In this document: positions 54,506 to 64,000 of the stretch, in pieces
Position numbering within the stretch: position 1 is the first letter of the stretch
Layout of the letters: each line of letters starts with the position of its first letter
NCBI GenBank assembly: GCA_964016885.1
Contig: OZ024746.1
Coordinates: forward strand, 56,482,001 to 56,546,000
Length of the DNA stretch: 64,000 nt
Direction: 5' to 3'
Source of the DNA: Eledone cirrhosa
Lineage: Eukaryota
Program-made: the position numbers and the translations under genes
Notes under the pieces: model-generated
What the model was told of the DNA's origin: nothing
What the model saw: the letters and a program-made list of their open reading frames with translations, nothing else
Databases searched by the model: none

Positions 54506-54510
<5 letters not shown>
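54104..54510. mobile_element. Second copy of the 18.4-19.1 kb fold-back family, without the hammerhead
   Basis: 54104-54374 is the reverse complement of ~18869-19136; axis AAGGAAC|GTTCCTT at 54373/54374; the right arm has an internal deletion. Confidence 0.88.
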
Positions 54511-54547
<37 letters not shown>

Positions 54548-54596
54548 TATACATATATATATAAATATATATATAAATATATACATATATATATAC

Positions 54597-54647
<51 letters not shown>

Positions 54648-54648
54648 T

Positions 54649-54686
<38 letters not shown>

Positions 54687-54689
54687 TAT

Positions 54690-54832
<143 letters not shown>

Positions 54833-55220
54833 TGTGTGTGTAATGTATGTATATATGTTAAAATTCTCTGTTAATTTTTTATACATATATAAAGCATTAT
54901 CATTTATAACCCATTCTTATTCATTATATGTACATGGAAACAAGTATTAACGCACAAAGTTTTTTTCCGAATATTCTTGTATAAATATTTATTTCATTAT
55001 TACTGGACATATATGAGGTTTTATACGTATTCCAAACAAAACATGAATATATCTTATGACTATAGGATGATGCTTGAAAAATAAAGAGAAAACAAAAAGA
55101 ACACTGTTACACATGCAAATACGTACACACATAAACACAAAGTCACATAACCACAGGATCACACACGCACGTACACACGTACCGACACACGCACACATAT
55201 GTATAACACATACTTATATG

Positions 55221-55290
<70 letters not shown>

Positions 55291-55360
55291 TATACATATA
55301 TATATATACATATATATATATGCAAATATATACATATATATATATACATATATATATATG

Positions 55361-55416
<56 letters not shown>

Positions 55417-55717
55417 ACAAATGTTTGAATGTATGAATATTTATATACACAGAAGTTCGTGGTTATACACATATTCACTATAGGATGTATGAGTGATTAC
55501 ACGCATCCTTTATGTGCAAGTAGATGGAGTATATCTACAACTCTCTCTCTCACTCTGTCTCTCGCTCTCTTTCTGTTTCTCGCTTTCATTATCTCACCCT
55601 ATGTCCTGTATATATGTACACACACACACACACTTAAACACAGACACACATGCATACGCGCGCTCAAACACATCGCTCATGTATATATGTGTATGTGTAT
55701 ACACGCACATACACATA

Positions 55718-55762
<45 letters not shown>

Positions 55763-55800
55763 ACTAATACCTTAACATTTCACACAAAGCATATATATGT

Positions 55801-55850
<50 letters not shown>

Positions 55851-56184
55851 TTATACCTACACACTCAAAAATGCATATGCATACACAAAAGAAAAATATA
55901 TGTTTATGCGTGTGCATGATTATCGAAATTACATAGGAAAGGGAAACCTTATTTGTGATGTGATATATTTGCATAAATGGGAAATGTATGGCGGACATTG
56001 CGAAATAGGAGATGTTAGAATATCCATAGTATAAGAGAGACGATTGAAATAACTAATATATAAGTTTGTCATGTCGGAAACGTTAAACCCTGGCGGCACG
56101 GCAGATTTTCCACGTCTAAACAAATGATACAAATGAAATTATAACATAACGAAATAACGATAGTCATTCTTTTAGTGAAGAGAA

Positions 56185-56279
<95 letters not shown>

Positions 56280-56722
56280 TGTATGTATATATATTCTGGA
56301 TTTATCTTTTAAAAATTTCTCACCAATATTGGAAGACCCGATTTCTAACACAGAAAAAAAAACCACATACATTTGAATTTAGACATCAACTAGGTAATTA
56401 ATCATGCCGCTCTGTATGTATGTCTTAGTGCGTCTGTGTGGATGTATTCAACTAAGGATTGTTTTGCGTTGGTGGATATGTATGCTTTGGGATGTATATG
56501 CACATATACACATCTTTCAATATCTATACGTGTTCGTAAGCAATCAGTACATGTTCATTTTCAGAGAGGTTTATATATTTATCATTTCGTTAATGGACTC
56601 TCCTTGCAAGTTAACAATGCTTTTTCTTGTTTCGTAAAGCCTAGAATCTCAACATATATGCTGTGATTGTAAGCAACATATCGAAATCTTCCAATGTTCA
56701 CAGAACACGAGTGTACACTACG

Positions 56723-56806
<84 letters not shown>

Positions 56807-56939
56807 CGGATCTACGTGTCGAAGCGGCCGGAGCTCAACCGTCGGGTCGGACTCTGTTCTATTACCCTCTCTACGATACTAAGTATCGAGTATTCTGGTG
56901 CGTTTTGGTTCAGCTGGTTTCTTACCTCAATTTCTTTAT

Positions 56940-56994
<55 letters not shown>

Positions 56995-57124
56995 TGTTAA
57001 TGTATCGATACATGTTACATATGTAACGAGCATCTTCGTCAATAACAGGAAGTTCACTATATCTAACACGCGCTTACACACTAGCACCTCCCACACACAA
57101 ATATATCTGAGATATATGAGGTTC

Positions 57125-57186
<62 letters not shown>

Positions 57187-57213
57187 ATTCTTTCTCTCCC
57201 TCTCTCTTTCTCA

Positions 57214-57275
<62 letters not shown>

Positions 57276-57289
57276 ATATTATATTATAG

Positions 57290-57880
57290 TATTCATTTAT
57301 GTTCATGCACGGAAAAAGTATTTTTGATTTAATAGAAAAATGTTTCCCACACCAACATAGATACGGTAAAATATAAATCGCAATGTTGTCGAGATATCAA
57401 AATCATATGGCATGTCTATGAGATCAAACGTTACAACCAAGAATAAAAGCTGATCTTCTAGGATTAAAGAGAACTGCCCTACTCCAACAGAAATGAAATA
57501 CCAAATCCCTTGTGTATGAAACCGAAATTACACATACCACCACAGAAAATATTGAAGTTAGCGAAAGATACGTCGGTATGATGCTAGTTCATTTTAAACA
57601 AGGATTTACTCGCATCTCCATCTCTTCAGGAATATTGATATGAGAAGCATTACAAACCTGGCAAAAAATGTCTTACAATTAAAGGGAAAAGAATGTTACA
57701 TATATATTACTTGGTAGATAGTTGAAAGATCCACGCCGTACACCAATAGTAACAACATATGTCGTCCCTGTCTTGGAGAGACATTTATTATATTATAATG
57801 TCTGTTATCACAGAAGAATGATTGGTTGAACTCCATCCGAAAAGCCAAATGTTTGTTCAATAGAAATACTCAGCAAATTC
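57290..57880 (+). pseudogene. Highly decayed Naiad-type PLE thumb/GIY-YIG remnant
   Basis: FDLIEKCFP..HRYGKI..NRNVV.IS, *SSR..ENCP, K*NTKSLVYE, RYVGM..FKQ, W*IVERS.PY...ICRPCLGE. Confidence 0.7.
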
Positions 57881-58314
57881 AACTGATGCCAACCACGTTA
57901 ATTTGGCTAATATACATTTGTAATATCTTTCCTTCTTTCTTTTTCCATACCTATATTATACAGTACACATTTGATACTACTCCACACAGCAATGAATATT
58001 AGCTCTCTATATTACACACCTGATATAGCGCACATTAGAAACACGTCTTTGTCTTTGCTATTTCGAATTTAGAACTTAGAGTTATTTCCCTTTGTTACAA
58101 TAAAGTTTTTAAGCCACAATATTGATTCCTCGAACAATCTGGTGATATGGTGAATATATTGAAACTTTAGGTAAAGAAAAAAAATTTAGCTCCCTGTATG
58201 AACATACATAAATAATATAATGTATCTGCTCTCTAGTGGTTTGAGCACTGTTTGCCTTTTTTTCCTTTTTCACACCTATATACAGTTTATACATATACAT
58301 ATATGTACATATAC

Positions 58315-58346
<32 letters not shown>

Positions 58347-58348
<2 letters not shown>

Positions 58349-58433
58349 GGTGGCTCCCAACTCGTTTTCGAGTACGGCCACTACTTTATATCCATGTAGG
58401 AGAACCCCTTCCGATGCGCTGAACGAGTGTGAC
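58347..58433 (-). mobile_element. RTE-type 3' end, copy of 11650-11735
   Basis: Reverse complement GTCACACTCGTTCAGCGCATCGG...GGAGCCACCA(TA)n. Confidence 0.75.
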
Positions 58434-59237
58434 GTTTAGGGAGAGAGAGAGAGAGAGAGAGTAGATAACGTAGTTTATATTTTTTTGTTTGTTTGTCGTT
58501 GTTGTTGCTGTGGTTTTCTTTCGGGTGTGGTCTAAATCAGACTTATAGAATCGTTTTGCAACTATTCATGTAGGTCTACTTAGAAGATAAATCACTCAAC
58601 ATATATAATTGAATCCAGCGATTTAAAGCGTATAATGGCACTAGCCATTTGTTGAGAAGTAATTATTTGTAGATTAAATGGCATAGTGTCAGCTATAGGG
58701 GATGTTAAGAGACTGGGATAGGTAATAAATTTATTGAGTGTTAGTCGTATGAACATGAGCATTACAGATAAGTGTGCGGCAAGGGTCAAAGAATTTACAG
58801 ACAAAAAATATGCTAGTATTTGCGTCGCAAGTTTGACAGTTATAGCTAAGGGTGAATTTAAGCACAAACATGTGACGTCACCAGTCTATGTAACAACATT
58901 TGCACTTTGAGCTAGGTTGCTATTAGTGTAGCTTTATAGGTTCGAATCTCGGGTTATCTGGGGATATAATTAGAAAATATTATTAGGTACTTATGTTTAC
59001 TTAAAAAATATGTTTCTTAATCAGCGCAGAGTACAATCATAATGACCGTGGGCCGATTCTGCTTCGAAATCTCATGAGATATGCGAGTTTATATATACGA
59101 CTTTCTGCCGAAGCACAAGAACCTCCTCCTAAGTGTGATACTAATAAACTTTGTATTTTTTCATATCTGCATGTGTATTGTCATTTAAATACACATTGTC
59201 ATTTAAATACACATACACATACCTATATATATATATA

Positions 59238-60903
59238 TCCAGGAACCTTGTTTACCTTCCCTCTGACAAGGGGAAAGAATTCTGTGTCATCTCGAGAGAG
59301 ACCTACAACAACTTAGCTCTCCAACATCTTAATGACGACAGCCTCTACTCGAAAGTCACAGGGACCTCCTCGACTGATGGACTAACATCTGTGTCCAACG
59401 ACAACTGCCAAAGAAGGTAAAAAATAACATAATGACTCGAAACAGCAAACTACCCACCTTCTACCACCTGGTGAAAACCCATAAACAAGGACCCGATTTG
59501 AAAATCAGGCCCATTGTCTCTAGCGTGGAGGGCCCACTTTACAAAATATCGTGGCAGCTGTCCACACTACTGAAACCCATTCTACACACACTACCAGCCC
59601 ACGTCTGCAGCTCAAAGGAGGTCTTGGAGCGACTACACCATCTGGCGCCCAACACCAGAAAGGACAACGGATATGCCTTCAGACTTGATGTGGTCGCCCT
59701 TTATACCTCCGTACCAGCATCCCCAGCGGTCGACCTGTTGACCGAACGAGTCCGAGCATCTAACTTACACTGCTTCGGACTCACACACACGGACATCCAC
59801 CAACTCCTCTCCTTCGTTGTGGATAATGCATTCTTCAATTTCCTGGGCCACACGTACAAACAGATCTCTGGGCTACCTATGGGCTCTAGTCTGTCCGGCA
59901 TACTTGCGATCTCGTACATGGACCACCTGGAACGCAAGGCACTCAACACCTGCGAACCCAACGCCGTCGCCTTCTACTCCAGATACGTTGATGAGATACT
60001 GATACTCACTTCTTCCCGGGAGATGGCGAATGAAATTCACCAAATCTTTAACGACACTGACCATCACGTCGATTTCACCATCGAACACACTGAAGAAGAC
60101 GGGTCACACGCCCTCCTCGACTTCCGTATCAACATCTCGGAAGAAGGAGACATAAACACCACCTTCCACCGCAAGGCAGCGTGCAAGGACTTATTTGTGC
60201 ATTACAACTCAGCCCTCCCCAACAACGCTAAGAGAGGCTATGCCTAAATGAACTTACACGGATCACTAATAGATGCAGCGACCCGATGAGTGGTCTCACC
60301 CATACCACGCAATTCCGTAATCTACTCAAGTCTAATGGATATCACAAGCGACTGATTAACGGAATTAGAGACCCCAGACCCAATAGACAGACACCCACTA
60401 GAAACTTAGATAAAAGCAGGTGCTTCTTTAAAATCCCCCACCTGAGTGATTATAGCACGAACGCCATCCGCAGGGCTATACGGAGCGAGGGACTTGACAT
60501 ACATTTGGCCCACACAGGACCTTCGCTCCGAAGATGCCTCTCCACCAAACCCGACGAGTCAGATGGGACGTGTTCCCTCAGCAACTGCCCGATACGGGGG
60601 GCAGGTTGCCTACACACCTATGTCGTATATAAGATTCAATGCGATAAATGTAACAAGTTTTACATAGGTAACACCATCCGACCCCTACATGTTCGTATCA
60701 AGGAACATGTCAACACCAACGCATCTTCCTTCCGTAAACACATCCTTAAATGCGGAAACCCACAGGGCAGACCCTTGGTCACAGTCCTAGCGACTGAACG
60801 CAGCATCGGATCCTTAAGGATAAAGGAAGCACATGTTATTAAGAACCTCAGACCCCCACTTAACAACCGGGCTGAGAGAAATGAGCTGACATGGCTAATT
60901 TAA
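59238..60903 (+). pseudogene. Penelope/Poseidon-type PLE RT + GIY-YIG, disrupted
   Basis: PSDKG, PTFYHLVKTHK, IRPIVS, LDVVALYTSVP, YKQISGLPMGS.LS, RYVDEI, LLD; VVYKIQCDKC..FYIGNT.R.L..RIKEH..E..I..LN. Confidence 0.92.
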
Positions 60904-61521
60904 CCATAGTGGCCAGTAACAGCCCCTACGGCCTATTATCTTTCACACACACGCACTTATATGTATACCCATACACATACACACACACACACACATCTAT
61001 ATTTATACACGCACACATGTTTATACAACCTACCACCTTTCACACCCTTTGAATTCCAGCTTCTACGGCCCACTATCTTTCACACACGCACGCTCACATA
61101 CATACACATATACACATATACACACACAGTTACACACACATATATATTTACACACACATATTTTACGGCTTTCACACGCTAGCGCACCCTATTGATTTAA
61201 CCCAATTGGTCAGTAGCTTTGCCACAGCCTATCACGCGCACGCGCATTCTTTCCCTCGTTTGAATTTTCCCCATAACGGCATTCCTATGTTTTAACGACG
61301 ATACAACTTTCTCCGGCTTAGCCTGTTCCCCCCCTTTTGGAACTTTCCCCCGTTGATGGGCGTGAGCCCGAAATATTGGGATTAAATCTACACTACGGTG
61401 ACCCTTCTACCTTTGTTTTGTTTTCCTTTTTCGTTTCTCTCAATTTTCACTTTTCTCCTATTTCTCACTCACTTCCTACCTCGAGATTTCCCATCTGCAT
61501 TGTTGTGGCTTTCTAAACTAC

Positions 61522-61525
<4 letters not shown>
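60904..61525 (+). mobile_element. 3' UTR/pLTR of the 59-kb PLE with a degenerate hammerhead
   Basis: Follows the GIY-YIG stop and ends in (TA)n; 61345-61381 reads CC-CCGTTGA-T-GGGC GTGA GCCC-GAAA-TATTGGGA. Confidence 0.7.
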
Positions 61526-61576
<51 letters not shown>

Positions 61577-62279
61577 GGACAATATGCGGTCAAAGACTTA
61601 CATGTGCACTAGTATCTAAATGTAAATATATTACAGAAATATCGAAGAATATATAATTGTATGTCACTGGTGTATGTATGAGTATATCTGTATAGTATCA
61701 ATATGTTTTTTATCTTATGTGTATATATCAAGTAATGACTCCATTGTGTTGGTATATTCACTATGAATTCGTGAGATTCTCTGCTTATTATAGTATATCC
61801 TACTTTGCACATATATCATTACGTGGCTCGATATGTAATTGTGCATGTAAGTCTATTTTCTTGACACATTGAGCGCGTTGTGCTATGTAATCGTGTATGT
61901 ATGTATTTATGTGTTCATACAACATACGTATGTATGTAGGTTGGTTGGTAGGTATGTATGTATCTATGCATGTATGCAAGTAGGTTGGTGTCTATGTAAG
62001 TATGGATGAATGAACCACTGTAATGTATGCATGTATATGTATGTCTGCAAATCTAAGTGTTCCTCCCTATGAATATATTTGTACGATTTACAAAGAATTG
62101 TACCAGAAGGCATCTGTTAAAAGTGCATGTATACTATAAGGCCATTGTTAACATCGGTACTACTTACAGCTTACATGGAGTCTGTAGACATAAGTAGTTA
62201 TTTACGTTTCTTGCTTCTATCGATAGGTAACAAGGTAACAACAGGTGTCGCCGGAGAAGAACTGTGTTTTCATGAGTGA

Positions 62280-62318
<39 letters not shown>

Positions 62319-62376
62319 TGAATATGAGATAGAGAAAAAGAGGTATGTGGTTCTTGGTGAATGTGAGTGTGAGAGA

Positions 62377-62428
<52 letters not shown>

Positions 62429-62709
62429 GGGGGGGGTCGTGAGTATGTGTGAGTGGTGTGATTAATATCATTATGAATTATGTGGAGATTTGACAGAGGG
62501 TACGACTGTCCAGATTGATAGATATTGAAAGTCAGACGCAGACACAGAATGTGTGGGACAGAATTTGGAAAATACTACAGTAAGTTATGATAAGCCGTCG
62601 GAATAGGCGTTACAGAAATTAAATTAAGTAAATTGTCGAGTACGCAAGTGAAATGAAGTTAAAATAGAAATTGTTGAAGAATATACATACATACATATAT
62701 TCATGCACA

Positions 62710-62764
<55 letters not shown>

Positions 62765-62901
62765 ATAAGTTCTATTTAAATTGTTGGGATACAACAAGCA
62801 AATTTTTTTTTATAGCTTATATAAAGCACTCAACAAATATTTGGAGTAAAAATACGATATTAACAAATGGAAACTATATTTATAAAACCATATTTATTTC
62901 A

Positions 62902-62955
62902 TTATACATATTTCAAGGACACCAAGTTAAATTATGGTGTGCTTTCATCAGATAA
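62902..62955 (-). ncRNA. Candidate type I hammerhead with long stem II
   Basis: Reverse complement TTAT-CTGATGA-AAGCACACC..GGTGTCCTT-GAAA-TATGTATAAT; a related remnant lies at 16070-16120. Confidence 0.5.
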
Positions 62956-62990
62956 AATATAATATAGATCAGTTTTATAAATAAATATAC

Positions 62991-63039
<49 letters not shown>

Positions 63040-63173
63040 AGATATATGTATATATATGTATATACATATAATATACATATGTATATATACACAAAATATA
63101 TATGTATATATATACATATTTATTCTGCATATGTATATATATATATGTATATATATATCTATATCTATAGATA

Positions 63174-63224
<51 letters not shown>

Positions 63225-63278
63225 CGTTTCTTAATTTGTTTAGCAAGATTCTTTATCTGAAAACGTGTGTAGAAACCG

Positions 63279-63499
<221 letters not shown>

Positions 63500-63564
63500 G
63501 TTCACGCATCGCCTGGTATCTTAGCAGAGAACAGTCTTCCTGATATATATACATATATATATAA

Positions 63565-63975
63565 ATATATGGGAGGAGGTTATAGTTCACTTGAAGCATT
63601 GTGTAATGAGGTAAAAACGTTTGAATATGTGTAATAAAGCCAAAACAATGCAGGTATGGACATAGAAAAAAGAATGCAATTGTAAAAGATATTGTTGACA
63701 ATTCGTCCTTTACCTTGAATTTATTTAAATGTCCTTAATTTTCGAGATAATATCTCTTCTTCGGAGGGAAATAAAGGTCTCAAACCAGAGCTTTTAAAGC
63801 GCTGGTTTGAGACCTTTATTTCGGTCCGAAGAAGATAAATTATCTCGAAAATTAAGGACATTTAAATAAATTCAAGGTAAAGGACGAACTGTCAACAATA
63901 TCTTTTACAATTGCATTCTTTTTTCTATGTCCATACCTGCATTGTTTTGGCTTTATTACACATATTCAAACGTTT
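63565..63975. mobile_element. Palindromic element with two divergent hammerhead-like motifs
   Basis: Arms ~63615-63788 / 63802-63975 plus a unique tail ~63565-63614; motifs at 63733-63767 (-) and 63823-63859 (+); in (TA)n. Confidence 0.85.
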
Positions 63976-64000
63976 ATAAATATATATATATATATATATA

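Noticed and set aside
57988-58032. SECIS candidate ATGA...TGAT downstream of the decayed Naiad
   Set aside because: The intervening 24 nt cannot form helix II and have no apical AA.

Overview
Eukaryotic, AT-rich DNA that is almost entirely repeats. The SINE families, the piggyBac-type MITE and the very dense (TA)n/(CA)n/(GA)n microsatellites suggest an octopod cephalopod (inference). No intact host gene is recognisable, and most listed ORFs are microsatellite artefacts (poly-YI). Decayed retroelements identified: (1) several Penelope-like elements (PLEs; Naiad-type at ~3.1-6.2, 19.4, 22.1-23.7 and 57.3 kb; a Penelope/Poseidon-type RT+GIY-YIG at 59.2-61.5 kb); (2) three copies of a (TAA)n-associated R4/Dong-like LINE with a restriction-like endonuclease (RLE), plus an older RLE LINE; (3) a Tx1/L1-like element, a CRE-like fragment and RTE LINEs, one with three C-terminal C2H2 fingers; (4) tRNA-derived SINEs. 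The most notable pattern is a set of small non-coding fold-back (hairpin) elements, mostly inside (TA)n tracts and belonging to several unrelated sequence families. Several carry PLE-type minimal type I hammerhead ribozymes, the best being an intact divergent pair at 18607-18647 and 18830-18870. A sister copy at 54.1-54.5 kb folds back about 3 nt from the predicted self-cleavage site, suggesting ribozyme-processed, self-primed mini-retroelements. All calls were made by eye and boundaries are approximate.
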